A DNA stretch of 64,000 nucleotides, from assembly GCA_047495785.1 (NCBI GenBank), contig JBLDXI010000033.1, positions 992,001 to 1,056,000 on the forward strand. The letters are read 5' to 3'. The position numbers and the translations under genes were made by a program. The DNA is from Lepidodermella squamata (taxonomy: Eukaryota; Animalia; Gastrotricha). The notes under the pieces are model-generated. The model did not search any database, had not been told where the DNA came from, and saw only the letters and a program-made list of their open reading frames with translations. Positions within the stretch are counted from its first letter, which is position 1, and the number at the start of each line of letters is the position of its first letter. Positions 1 through 13,225 of this stretch are shown here, in pieces.

Positions 1-1455
1 CTTCGGACATTTGTTGGGAATTTCCGTTTTGATGCTTGGGGTTTTTTGATTTTGTATCGATGCCATAACAAGCCCCAAAGCGGCAGGCCTTCATCCGGGT
101 CGACTAGTTCGATTGTAACAATGCAGATCGAGACAGTTACGACGGAGAGTCCGAGCATTAAATTCAGGTAGGTTTGAATCAGCGACTCGTCCGAGGATCT
201 TGGCAGCTGCTCGGCCAGCTGGCCTTGGAAGAAAAAGGCTGTTAGCAGCACGACAGTACCCTGAGGCACTCGATCGATGAATTTGATCGGCATGAGATAG
301 GTCAACACTTGGAGTATCGATAGAAGAGTTAACGGGACGAGGAAAGTTCGCTTGAAGTAGTCAGGTTTCCTCTGTAAAACGATGAAAAACTGCATTCGGC
401 TGAACCCAGTCCGCTTTCCAGTTCGGTAAATTGCAGGAAATCCGTCGGCACCTGAAAAAAGTATTTTTTAATTTATTCAAATTATTTTTTAATTTATTAT
501 TATTGTAATTAATTTAAATTTTTTGAATTTTCAAAATATTTTTTTGAATTTTTTACTAACCTATCAGCGTCCACATTGGATTCTCAGCGTACATTCCTAA
601 TGCGACGGTATCGGATTTGTCCGGCCTTTCGACGATTTCAAGCTCCGTCCATTTGTAGGTAATTGATTCAATAACAATCGAGCATCGTCTGGAAAAAATT
701 AGTAAAAAAATTTAATTTAATTCTATAAAAAAAATAAAATAAAAAAATGAACAAAAATGAAATAATAAATTATAAAAAAAATGAAAAAAATGGATTAATG
801 AATCTTTATATACTGGAAATCGAAGGGGTAGAATTTGAGATCGAGGCGGCATCGTGTGGCGAATTTGCCACTCGGATGGTACCAAACTTGGCCGTCATTG
901 GTGACTCGGAATCGAAAATCGTCGTTATGGATCAAGCTAATGATGTCATCAACGCTGTTGGCTACTTGCAAATCAGGCGCCCATATCAACTCGGGCGCTA
1001 TTATAACCTCCTTAATGCCGCCAAACCGCGCAGGATCCCACCTGAGCGACGGGTCGACCCAGCCCTAAATTCGAAAAATATTTGAAAAATCAGAAAAAAT
1101 TCCAAAAATTATTAACCAATTGAAGTCGGGCGGTTGTCACTAAAGTTTCGCTGTTTTCGATGATTTCCTGTACCCGAATGAGATAAAGCCGGCATAGTAC
1201 GATGAAAGGACAGGAATGCGAATCGTTCGACCCGTTTGGACAATCTTGCTCCGGGATAATCGTTTTGTTGTAGCCACTCTCAGGACCAATGAGAGCATCT
1301 AAAAGCTTCGACTCGTGGCGGCTTTTCGGCTTCCAGTGCTTGATAAAATTCGACCCCGGCCTTTCATCAACCAGGTCACGTGTTTCGTCCTGAGCCTCAA
1401 TCACGGCAAAGGCCGAAAAAACTAGGGCAAACGTGATGAGGTAATTTCTGTTCAT
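1..1455 (-). CDS. Divergent Cys-loop pLGIC subunit #1 (3' end runs off the window start)
   Basis: Signal peptide MNRNYLITFALVF; exon 1 1117-1455, exon 2 starts at 1064 (GW..WDP..IWAPDLQVANS); Cys-loop CRLDLKFYPFDFQ|RC; M1-M3 read in frame (RKPDYFKRTFLVP..IDRVPQGTVVLLTAFFFQG); 3 GT-AG introns visible. Confidence 0.9.
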
Positions 1456-2557
1456 ATCACATGAAATTCAGGTGAAAAATCGCGCCAATAACGGCGATCT
1501 AGAACAAGTTATATTACCAACTACAATAACAAAATCGCTTTATTGCTTCTTCAATGGCTATTATTGCGTTTGTTATTTATCGTTAATGATCAAGCACCAT
1601 GAAAAGCCGGTCAAGAAACTAACTACCTGTAAGCACTTTTCTCATTTCCGCTCCTCCTTTCACCTAATTTTCACCGCTTTTCATTACACCTTATATTATA
1701 GACCATAAGGCGCTATTTTTAGATCATGATTGCCCTTCTGGGCCGGGGAAGTTGACAATTTTTGCCGAAATATTTTGTCACCAAATGTATAAATGTATTG
1801 TGGACTGCGTACAATTGCGGAAAAATCACCCTTTTTCATTTGATTGATAGTAATAAAAATCAGGTAAAGAAGGTTTTCCATGTTTTTACCACAAGCCGGG
1901 TATAAACGCATTTATGCGAAATGCCGGCGGGCTTTCACGCGCCGTCGGTTAACAACATAATATCCGCGCCTTAGATGAGATTACTCGGGCTAGTTTGTTG
2001 CTATTCATTTGTATAATATGCTTACACAGCACCTGTGATCGCGCGCGTTGCAAATACTTAGCGGAACGCAGCAAAAGAACGAGGCTGTGCAATAATAATG
2101 ATATAACAGATAAAATCTTTTCGGGGAGATGCGCGTGGCAAGAAATTTATCATGTCTAATTACATAGAACATTGCATAGGACATAGAAAAAATGACAATA
2201 ATTATACGGAATTGATTTTTTGACCGCGCATTCAGTGACCCAGAAACAACCTCGAATTTGATTTGACCTCAAATTAATTTCTTTGTCCGTTTCCAAAATC
2301 TCAAACAATGCGGTTGTTATTATGAAAATTAAACTCGAATTTTATATAAAATGTTTGCCACGCGGTTCAGGACTCTATTTTTAGATAATCTCGCGCTGTT
2401 GAGAATCGCGCCAGCGTATTATCCGCGCTGAAATATATCGGCGTGTCGAAAATAAAATCCAGCTTAAAAATGGCGAAGGAAAATAAAATCTTTTAATTGC
2501 TGCATTTTGCGGGTGAAATAATCAACAATTTTATTTGTTGACACTTTCGAGACGGCA

Positions 2558-4327
2558 ATGTCGTATGTTTTCGTGCTAATATATTTGGCTTCTCGAGCCT
2601 TCTCGGTAGCAGCCAGTGATTATATACCAGTTAGCGCACCTGACGGCCCTTCGTCTCTTGCTCAGATCGCTCAACACCGATTTGTCTCCTCACTGATTCA
2701 TAAGCTCATTGGGCCGGGTAGTGGTTATAACCGAACTGTCATACCAGCGTCTTCTTGCCAGTTCTACAACGCTTCGTTGAGTTCGATCAAGTCACATGGA
2801 ACATCTGGCCATTGCCCTTTTGTAGTCCAGACCAGGCTGTTCCTCATCCGGGTGCAGGAAATCATCGAAAATGACGAAACTCTCGTCACAACCGCTAGAT
2901 TACAGCTGGTTCGATTTTTTAAAAAAATTTTCTCGATTTTAACTTAATAAAAACTAGGCCTGGGATGATTTAGCGCTGAGATGGGACCCGGCAAAATATG
3001 GCAATATCAAGGCTATTATTTTGCCGCCTAGAGCAATATGGGCTCCTGATCTGCAAATCGCCAATAGCGTCGATGATGATATAAACCTAATCCATTCCGA
3101 TAAATTCTGGTTTCGAGTCACATTCGAGGGTAAATTTCAATTATTTTGCGACAAATTTTACCCTGAATGACTTTTCAAGGTCGAGTTTGGTATCACCCAA
3201 GCGGAAAATTCGCTACCCGATGCTCGTTGGATCTTCGCTTTTATCCTTTCGATTATCAGTGAGTCATCTTTCAGCTTTCATCTACGTAAAAAATTGCTCA
3301 TTTCGGGATAGGAAATGCTCCATTCTCGTCGAGTCGGTCATTTATACCTCGAAGGAACTGGTGACCATACTACGACTCGATAAGCATGACGCAGTGTCCC
3401 TGGGAATGTACGCAGAAAATCCAATGTGGACATTGAAAGGTAAACTGGTATTCCAGAAAAACTTCCCCAAACAATTAAAAAATCATTTCAGATACGCAAG
3501 GCTTCGCTTATGTCTATAAAACTGGTTCATCGACAGGTTTCAGCAGGGTTCAATACTGGTTCATCCTTAAGAGAAAACCAAGTAAGACTTGGAGAGGAAA
3601 CTGAAATTTATTGAATTTTGTGTGTGTTCCAGATTACTTTCAGCGAACTTTCCTTGTACCTTTGATTCTTCTATCTACCCTTCAAGTATTAACCTACCTT
3701 TTACCCATGCAATTTATTGACAGAGTAAGAAATACGAAAATTTTGAATCATCCTTAAATTTCGTGAATAACACAGGTACCCCAAGCGACTGTTGTGCTCC
3801 TAACTGCGTTCTTCTTCCAAGGCTATGTATCAGAGCAGCTTCCAAGATCCTCATCCGAGTCTTTCGTTCAAACTTACATCAATCTGATAATTACTCTCAG
3901 CGTCATCACCGTCTCAATCTGCACGCTAACAATCGAGCTGGTTCAACCGGATCAGGGTCTGCCATTGTGGGGATTTCTCCGCCTCTGCATGAAAACAGGG
4001 CCTCATTTGATGGTGATCAGAAAAAGCTTCTCCAAGGAAGAAAATCACGCCCCAGCCCTGCCAAGTGGCGGCAGTGAAATGGCCTTCATCGAGGCCGAGA
4101 CGTGGCGTCAACATAATGGGCAGAAAAAACCGTCGAAAAAAACGGAACGGCCAACGCGGGCTATTCTCGTTGCGGCACTTTTCAACTGGTTCGGGTTTTT
4201 ATTGAGCGTTTCGATTTCCTTCGTTTACCCTATCATAGCTTTAGTAGGACTGTCATCCACCCCTCCGCCTACAATTACTCACGGAAACACGGAGAATGCA
4301 TCTCTTTCTTACTACGCAGAATATTAG
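2558..4327 (+). CDS. Divergent Cys-loop pLGIC subunit #2
   Basis: Signal peptide, IWAPDLQIANS, Cys-loop CSLDLRFYPFDYQ|KC, four TM helices, tail NASLSYYAEY; 6 short GT-AG introns splice in frame. Confidence 0.92.
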
Positions 4328-4365
4328 GTACGGCGATAAAACAGCGATTACGCATAAGAGCGAAT

Positions 4366-4482
4366 GCGACAAAACAGCAAATTTTCTACTTTGCGACAAA
4401 ACAGCGCAAACATACCATGTAAAAGATTCAGTGGGTTTCTGCTGTTATATCGCAGGTTGAAAAATTTGCTGTTTTGTCGCGT
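4366..4482. repeat. Imperfect inverted repeat (MITE-like hairpin) just downstream of pLGIC #2
   Basis: gcgacaaaacagcaaattttctactttgcgacaaaacagcgcaaac pairs with gtttctgctgttatatcgcaggttgaaaaatttgctgttttgtcgc; extra aaaacagc/gctgttt units flank it. Confidence 0.7.
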
Positions 4483-4597
4483 CTGCTGTTTTGGGTATTT
4501 GCTGTTATGACCGAGTATTAAACTCAGAGCCTTTAGTTTGAAAATGGGTTCCAGCATTAGTTTCCTATACGTTTTTTCGGTCCTTTCTAGAATTATC

Positions 4598-4950
4598 CCA
4601 ACCGATAGATCTCACCATTACGCTTCGGCCTACTGAGGCGATATCGATTCCAAGTATCGATTTTGCAAATCAGTGATTTTTGTGATCAACATTTTTTCGA
4701 AGTCTAACTTACCCATCATTCTATATACCTGGGGGTACCACTTAGCCAATAACTCACGGTTAGAGGGTGCATCAGTAATCAGTATCGATCAAGGAAAGAA
4801 AAAGCCGAAATCGGAAGAATCGGAAGAATCTAGAGCCCGGACTCTTAAATTAGTGCTGAAATCTCAAGTCGTAGGGGTGCGAATGTTCAGACTTCGCACC
4901 CAATAGGATTGGACATTATATGTAAGTCCGAATTTTTATGTTCAATATTG
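4598..4950. repeat. Dispersed repeat, copy A (related copy at ~58288-58650)
   Basis: Shared blocks aaccgataga, gatatcgattccaagtatcgatttt(g/a)caaatcagtgatttt and gtatcgatcaa..gccgaaatcg in the same order in both copies. Confidence 0.7.
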
Positions 4951-5513
4951 TTGCGTGCTATCGTCATACGTCATATAACAGGTCGAAAGGACGAATGAAG
5001 GCGGGCCTGTTTTAAAAATCGAAATAAAAATAAAAAATGCGCACCGCAGTGTTTTGATTTGGTATCACCGGTGAAGCGGTCGATTTCACCTGATTACTTA
5101 TTCATCATATAAAATGCCTGGTTTAAACTTAAGCACGAACACTTCAGGCAGTCACACAAGATGGCCAAGGGGCAGTTTTTTGGCTCATAAAACGATTATT
5201 TATAGCTATTCATTACCGATTCAGTTTTGAAAATATCTTGCATAGTTATCGTGTTTACCGCGACTGGTAATTACTGCGTGAAACAGGTAGATGGCCTGGC
5301 GGGAGGTTCTTACTCGGAGCCATTTAATGCATTCCTAATTTCTTGAGGCGAAACGCAATAATAACATAGCCATATCGATCACACATACAGGTATAAATAA
5401 TATTGCAACCATTTTGGCGCAACAGGCAGCGCCGATTAATTAATAATGGTCGCGGTTATAATATTACATTTCATTTCGCCGCCTAAGATTTGTTAGGAAG
5501 CATCTCTGAAAAA

Positions 5514-6322
5514 ATGCTTGCCAAGGTGATGGAGTCTGATTTTCAGACGATGGACGAACGTGGCCGGCAGAAGACCAATTATTATCTGGCCCACAAATTG
5601 GCGAAACAGCCATTTTTGGGCGAAAATCCAGCGGCGGCGAGGTCAAGCCAATCGTCGCTGAACGCTGCCGGAATTCCGACCTCGCTTTATGGATCAGTTC
5701 ACGTTATCGACGTCGGGCAAATGCGGGAAAGTGCCAAGAAACACTCGGTAGTCGCAGTTATTTTCAGCTTTTTCTCATGTTCAACATTTTTCTGCTCGAT
5801 ACCTGCCGTTATTTTGGCGTTTCGAGGCCCGGATAATCCAAACAATTACATCACAGCTAAATCTTGCGCTATTGTCGCAATAGTAAGCAATACTAATATT
5901 GTTCGAATTTCCATTGATTTTTTTTCTCGCAGGTTTGGTCGATAATTACCATATTCATTTTGGCCCTGATTGGCGCGATTTTCTTCTCTGAATCCTGGAA
6001 ATTGTACAATCAACCTATCACTCCAACTCCGTTCGATGCCTATGTCTCAAGGAGCCCAATTCAAAATTCTGAGACTTCTACCCTGGAAAGCCCGACTGAC
6101 GAAACTACCTACGCCGAGCCAACCGTTAAGGGCAAGGTTATAATTAGTCATTCGAAGCCTGACGCATCGCCCGTCTCAGCCAGAGTGGCGGCTTGCGAAC
6201 GCCCAGGATACTGCAATGCTAAAGATTACAATTTTTGTAAAGACAACTATTATTCCTACACTAGCTGCGTTGATTCCTGGTGGGGATGCAGCAGTCGATG
6301 CTGTGCCTGCCTATTTTTTTAA
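5514..6322 (+). CDS. CD225/dispanin (IFITM/PRRT/SynDIG)-like membrane protein with S/T/P-rich stalk and C-terminal 8-Cys domain, ~252 aa
   Basis: Exons 5514-5882 and 5933-6322 (intron gtaagc..tcgcag, phase 0). Hydrophobic segment VVAVIFSFFSCSTFFCSIPAVILAF, short loop ..YITAKSC, TM AIVAIVWSIITIFILALIGAIFF resemble the CD225 layout. Family call is by pattern only. Confidence 0.6.
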
Positions 6323-6955
6323 CTAAATTTCATAATTATGGATTTAATTTTATTTGGAAAAAATGCGCCTTAATAATTTTAATTTTCGCTTGTTATCATT
6401 ATTATTGCAATATTATTGATACCTTTGAATAATAATAAAACCGGATTTTCTTGCAAATCCAAGAGATTAAATAACAGTAAAAAAAACTGCACTGGTAAGT
6501 GAGTATGTAAATCATCATTACGTTCGATATGACAAAGAAACATTGTTTGTGAATAAGCAGCTATTATCAATCGCTCGTCTTTCTCCATATATTTGCTTGG
6601 GACTCGACGAAATATATACCCGGTTTAAGAAAACATACTACAGGGACGGCGCAGTGTAATAAACCGAGGCCAAACAGCAATCGATTCACGTATCTATCAC
6701 ACTTTTTATTAGGCCCCGCTAACAGCTAATTGGGTCAGCGAATAGGCTGAATGCTGAATTTAACAGCCCACTGAGAGAGATGAATGCCTAAATAATGTCA
6801 CTTATCGATTTTTGTTGTTTGGCTTTTTAGAGTTATACTAGTCTCCGGTGTGTCATAAATGATACTTGGCGATTCACTAGGGGCTATAAGCCTTGAAAAA
6901 TGCCCGACTTTCAATGTCATTTTCCCCTATTATAACTATAAGATAGGCGCATAAA

Positions 6956-8840
6956 ATGGGTCATAGCGTAATTATAGTCCTATCGATGCTCATCTCTGCC
7001 GCACTGAGCCAGGTGATGAATCCTAAATTGAGCCAATACTCGAATCTGCTGAGTTCAACGCCGAAATTGGTCGACAAAAACGCGCCTGAAATTCGACAGC
7101 ATAGAGTCATGGCATCTCTGTTGAACAAATTAATTGGCCCTGGTAGCTTGTACAACAAATCTATCATTCCAGCCGCCCCTTGCTATGCTAATTACACAAG
7201 TTCGGTGCCAAAGGACCGCGACCACTCGACCCGCAGCTGCCCTTTTATCGTGCAATGCCGTCTATTCCTCATCCGAATTCAGGATATTGTCGAAAATGAT
7301 GAGACGTTAATCACAACTGCCCGGCTTCAAATGGTGAGTTGGAAATAATTTAGGAAATCGGGCATTTTTTTTTATAAAATAATAAAATATCAATTCAATA
7401 ATAATCAATATTTAATATTATAATAATTTAATATTATTAAAATTTTAATTCTAATATTTTTTATTAAAAGGGCTGGGATGATCTTGCATTGACGTGGAAT
7501 CCGGACGATTACGAGGGTATAAAAGCCGTAATCATCCCGCCATCGAAGATATGGTCTCCTGATCTGCAAATCGCTAATACAGTTGATAACGTGATTTCGC
7601 TTCACCACGCCAGTGATTTCTGGTTCAGGGTCAGCTACGACGGTCGAGTTTGGTTTCATCACAGCGGCCGTTTTGCAACTCGATGCGCGCTAGATTTACG
7701 GCATTATCCTTTCGATTATCAGTGGGTCAAATACTATTTTTTCTTGAATTTTTCGAATTTTAAATTATTATTTAGGCGATGTTCAATTGTTTTTGAATCG
7801 GTTTTATACACGTCGGCGGAATTGTTGACAATAATGAGGCCAGACAAGCCGGATCCTGTATCCTTAGGAATGTTTGCTGAAAATCCCATGTGGTCATTGA
7901 TCGGTATTTTTGTATGCATTTGTTTCCATAAAAACTGACGAAATTTTGTAGAGACCAATGGATACTCGACCGTTTATAAAACTGGTGCCAGAACAGGTTT
8001 CAGTCGAGTTCAATTTTGGTTTTTGATCAAGCGTAAACCAGGTTAATTAATTTAACCAAAAAAATTATATTTAATAATTAAATAATTGTTTCAGACTACT
8101 TTCAGCGCACCTTCCTTATTCCCATGTCATTACTCTCAATACTTCAGGTAAAATATCGGTAAACTACGATTTTATGCGATTAAATTTTCGATTCCAGGTG
8201 CTCACGTATTTACTTCCTATGCAATTTATCGATCGGGTAATTTTTCGAAATTTTCGAAATTATTTTATTTATTGCTTCCATCCAGGTTCCTCAAGCAACT
8301 GTTGTGCTTTTGACGGCTTTCTTCTTTCAAGGCTACGTTTCTGATAGCCTACCGAGGTCTTCAGCTGACTCATTGGTTCAAAATTATCTCAACCTCATCA
8401 TTGGCCTCTCAGTTTTCACTATCTTTCTATGCACTGTCACAATTGAACTCGTCCAACCTGACCCTGGATTGCCGTTGTGGGGATTTTTGCGACTATGTAC
8501 CAAACGGCGCGTTCCTGTGCGATCAAAAGCTATTCAGACTAGAATTATGAAAAACCAATACCACAACGACGAAGCCGAAGTAACCGACGAAGAATTTCAG
8601 CCCGATGGTCGAAGTTATTCACACAGAAGCTCGCCTGATCCTATCATGTTCATCTCGCCCTTGAATATGGGACCTTTGACGAAAAGCACAATTTTATCCG
8701 CCTTAATTAATTGGTTCGGGTTTTTGCTTAGCGTTTGCGTGTCAGTTTTTTACCCGCTGATTGTGTTCTACGGATTGTCGACGAAAGAACCACCGCCGCT
8801 GCCTGGTGAAAGCAATTCAACATCCTACTACGCCGAATGA
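6956..8840 (+). CDS. Divergent Cys-loop pLGIC subunit #3
   Basis: Signal peptide, IWSPDLQIANT, Cys-loop CALDLRHYPFDYQ|RC, M1-M4, tail NSTSYYAE; 6 introns. Confidence 0.92.
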
Positions 8841-9294
8841 GGACATTTGCCGTTTATTTAACCTCGTTGTATTGATCATTCGTTATCACCTTGAGAAAAA
8901 TTTAGTAAAAAAATTGATTCATTTTTTTTAATGATTTTTGTCTTTTTCGAGGATTTATAAGAAAAGATCCCAGGTCTCAATCATATCACCTGGGCCTTCA
9001 AAGCCGCACGATTTTATCGATTGAGGGTAAAAAAAACTGATTTTACTCTTAATTTGCGTGCAAAAAATGACGTAAAACCGCCGTGTAAATTATTTGCTCA
9101 ACGTCGGCCCAATTTCCGTCGCCAAATTTTATCGGAAATAGTGATACAAATATTACGCTGTTTGCTTTGTCGGAAGCCCGCACTTGTCGCACATCCGTTC
9201 TTTGCGACTATAGCTTCTCGCGGCACAAAAAAATGTAATTCTGCAAATTTTTGTCCACAAATTCGATTTCTGTATAGGTATCGCAAGGGCAAAA

Positions 9295-10992
9295 ATGACC
9301 GCTTTTCTGTTAAAATTGGCCCTGTCTCTGTTCAGTTTTTTACACGTCACCTGTAAAAATGGCACGAATAATCCGTTTGAATCTGCAACTTCGAGATTTC
9401 ATCAGCATTCAGCTGCTCTGCTCAAAAAACTACTCGGACCCGACAGCGGCTATAATAAGTTCCTAGTACCGCCAGCTCCTTGCTTCAATCCTAACGAAAC
9501 AGCTAAATATACGAATGACAAAGACGCGTCTTGCCCTTTTGTCGTTCAAGTCCGACTTTTCCTAATTCGAATACAGGAAATCGTTGAAAATGACGAAACC
9601 CTGATAACAACAGCGAGGATTCAATTAGGATGGACGGATTTGTCGCTAACCTGGAATCCTGATGATTACGGTGGGATTTCGTCTGTCGTCGTTCCGCCTG
9701 ACCGCATCTGGTCGCCGAATTTACAAATCGCGAACAGTGTTGACAATGATATCAGCCTGGTTCGAGGTCAGGATTTTTGGTTCAGAGTGACCAACGACGG
9801 CAGGGTTTGGTACCATCCAAGCGGCACCTTTTCAACCAGATGTACTCTCGACCTTAGATACTACCCCTTTGATTTTCAGTTCGTTTTTTTCGAATTTTGA
9901 AATTTTTGAAATTTATTTGACATTTCAGGCGTTGTTCTATGGTGATTGAATCTGTGATCTACACATCGAGTGAACTGTTGACAATAATAAGGACGGATAA
10001 GCCTAATCCTATATCACTTGGAATGTATGCTGAAAATCCTATGTGGGCCTTGAGAAGTAGGAAACCATTTGATCTGCGGCAAATATCGATTTCATTTTTT
10101 TCGCAGATTATAATGGACATTCCTCGATTTACAAAACTGGAGCTAAAACCGGATTTAGCCGAGTTCAATTCTGGTTCGTGCTGAAAAGGAAGCCAGACTA
10201 TTTTCAAAGGACTTACCTCTTCCCGCTAGTCCTACTTTCAATTCTTCAGGTAAAATTAAAATAAAAAATAAAAAAATTAAGCTGGATTTTTTTGCTTAAT
10301 TTTTCAAGGTTCTTGCCTACCTTTTACCAATGCAGTTTATTGACAGAGTAAGGACTGAATTATTTCTTCGATTGCCACTCATAAATTGATTTTTTAAGGT
10401 GCCGCAAGCCACTGTCGTGCTCCTTACTGGATTTTTCTTTCAGGGCTATGTTTCAGAAAGCCTTCCACGTTCTTCTTCAAGCTCCTTAGTTCAGACGTAT
10501 CTCAATCTAATCATCTCAATGTCCGTGTTAACCGTTTTCATTTGCACCATCACCATCGAACTAGTGCAGCCAGATCAGGGTCTTCACCTGTGGGGCTTGT
10601 TAAGGTGTTGCATCAAAAAAGTTCGCTCATCAGATTTCGGCTTCATACCGGAATCCAACAGCGATTTCAACTTTATCGACGCGTCAAACCACGATATTAA
10701 CGGGTCAGCTTTCAAGAGCCCGACTCTACCCATTCGAGGCAACGACTCGCACCGTTACAAAACGCGTCGAAACTCTAGAGCAGGTGGCTCGACTATCAAA
10801 GGCTGTGAAGCTTTGACGAAAACTGCCGTTATTGCTGCTTGGATCAACTGGTGCGGCTTCACGCTATGCGCCTCGGTTTCAATCCTCTTCCCCGTTATTG
10901 CCTTCGTAGGCCTAACCAGTGACATTCCGCCTACGATCCCGCAACCCTCGCCCGATAACATAACTTCATCTTCATACTACGCCGAGTATTAA
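9295..10992 (+). CDS. Divergent Cys-loop pLGIC subunit #4
   Basis: Signal peptide, IWSPNLQIANS, Cys-loop CTLDLRYYPFDFQ|RC, M1-M4, tail NITSSSYYAEY; 4 introns. Confidence 0.92.
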
Positions 10993-11012
10993 AATTTATT
11001 AAAAGAAATAAA

Positions 11013-12704
11013 TTATTCTGCGTAATAAGACGTTGTCACATTGTCAGGATCTGGTATTAGAGGCGGTCCTCTAGTAATGAGGCCAATATAGGCGATTAAC
11101 GGGTAAATTATCGATATGAGTATCGCGACAAGAAATCCGAACCAGTTGATGATTGCTGCTAATAAAGTCGCAGTTTTAAGGTGGCGATTTCGCTCAGAGC
11201 TGTTGTTCGAATTTGATCTCGATCTTCGCCTTATTCGAGTGCTCACCACTCCTTTTTCCTCTCCGCCCTCTTCAATGTCCAATTGTTCTGGAGTTGCTAG
11301 AGGGGCTTTCTTGTTCCGTGCCCGGTGTTTTCTTAGGCAATAGATAAATAGGCCCCAGAACGGCAGGCCATCGTCTGGATCGACAAGTTCGATTGTTATG
11401 ATGCAGATCGATACAGATACGACAGATAGGCCCAGCATTAGGTTGAGATAGGTTTGGACTAATGACTCGTCTGAACTTCTCGGTAGTTGCTCGGCTAGTT
11501 GGCCTTGAAAGAAAAATGCCGTTAACAGGACAACTGTAGCCTGGGGAATCTATAAATGAGATGAAAATTGTGAAAAAAATAAAAAAAATTGAGAAGATAA
11601 AATCAATAAATTACCCGATCAATGAATTTAATCGGAATTAAATAGGTCAGAACTTGTAAGATGGACAGCAGCAATAATGGGACAAGAAATGTCCTCTTGA
11701 AATAATCTAAAATTTTAATTTTAATTCTCATAAATAATTTTTGGGAGATCAAAAACCTGGCTTCCTCTTTAGGACTAGGTAAAATTGAATCCGACTGAAT
11801 CCTGTTTTTCGACCAGTTTTATATACAGCAGAGAATCCGTCGGCATCTAATTAAGGCGGATTATAAATTATTGGAAAAATATTTCCTATTACCTATCAAA
11901 GTCCACATAGGATTTTCAGCATACATTCCTAATGCGATTGCGGCTGGTTTATCTGGCCTTATTTTGATCAACATTTCGTCCGATGTATATACAACTGATT
12001 CAACCACGATTGTGCAGCGCCTTGGAAAAATTTTGAAAAAATTATAAAAAAATTGAGAAATTTTACTGGTAATCGAATGGATAATATCGAAGGTTCAGAA
12101 CGCATCGAGTCATGAATTTTCCACTCGGATGGTACCAAACGCGGCCTTCGTAAGTTACTCTGAAGCGAAAATCAGCGTTGTGGATTAGCCCGATGACGTC
12201 TTCCACGCTGTTAGCCACTTGAAGGTCGGGTGACCATATCAGCTCCGGGGCTATAATGACCTCCCTGATGTGGCCAAATTGCTCAGGATCCCAGGTGAGC
12301 GCAGGATCAAGCCAGCCCTAAATCCGACATTAATGAGCCGAGTTAATCATTGTAAGGGGAAATTATACCAGCTGAAGCCGAGCCGTAGTGACCAAAGTCT
12401 CGTGATTTTCAATAATTTCCTGTACCCGGATCAAGTAAAGCCGGCAGAAGATTTCGAAAGGACACGCCGATCCAGTTTCGCTTCTCGTCGAATTTTCTGG
12501 GCAGGTCGACGTAGGAATGATTTTCTTGTTGTAGCCGCTGTTTGGGCCGAGGAGTTTATCCAATAGTAGACTTAAATCTCGAGGCTTTGAAAGTGCTGGT
12601 TGGCGCAAGGGTGATAGATGATAATTGGCCGAGTTGGAATTAAGGTGCAAAACTATCAAAAGCTTGATTGCTGCTAGACATGAGAGCAACCCGTTAGCTC
12701 TCAT
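11013..12704 (-). CDS. Divergent Cys-loop pLGIC subunit #5
   Basis: Signal peptide MRANGLLSCLAAIKLLIVL, IWSPDLQVANS, Cys-loop CVLNLRYYPFDYQ|RC, M1-M4, tail NVTTSYYAE; 5 introns. Confidence 0.92.
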
Positions 12705-13225
12705 TTGCTTGAAATCGACTATAGGTTACGGCTTGTTTCAGGCATTAAGGAAAGTACGAAAAAACTGATAACCGTGAATTTTGAAGGAACATGCGTGTAA
12801 TAATTTGTTGTTTATTGCATTATTATCAGTTGATATAATAACGCTAGCTCGATTGCCACGTGCGCCGACTTCGAACAGCTCCTGATCGCAGCAGAACACA
12901 GCGCCGATTTTACAATGTTTTTGCGAGCTATGAAAACAAACTTTCCATGCGTGATTTCTGCGCGATAGTACCGGTAACAATGAGATCTCAACGATTTTTA
13001 GCCTGTATCTCTGCGCCATTTACAGACAATTCATGATCAGATATAAATTCCTATAATTTTAAGGTTTTTCAATGAGCGATTTCGAAAAATAATTTGAATT
13101 TCTTTCCGATTTTTTTCTGAATTTTTCTGACCCGAAAAAATATTTTTATTTAGTTAAAATGTAGGATTTAGGCGCATTTTCGAACAATTTTTGCCATTGA
13201 CAAGTTCTTATAATTTATTGACTGA

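Noticed and set aside
747-1085. ORFs antisense to pLGIC exons (e.g. 747-1085, 7405-7662, 12270-12566, 22614-22961, 25904-26179), several sharing LQIRRP/LQIGSP
   Set aside because: They are reverse-strand shadows of the conserved W-x-PDLQ exon; the recurring motif is explained by the sense-strand protein.
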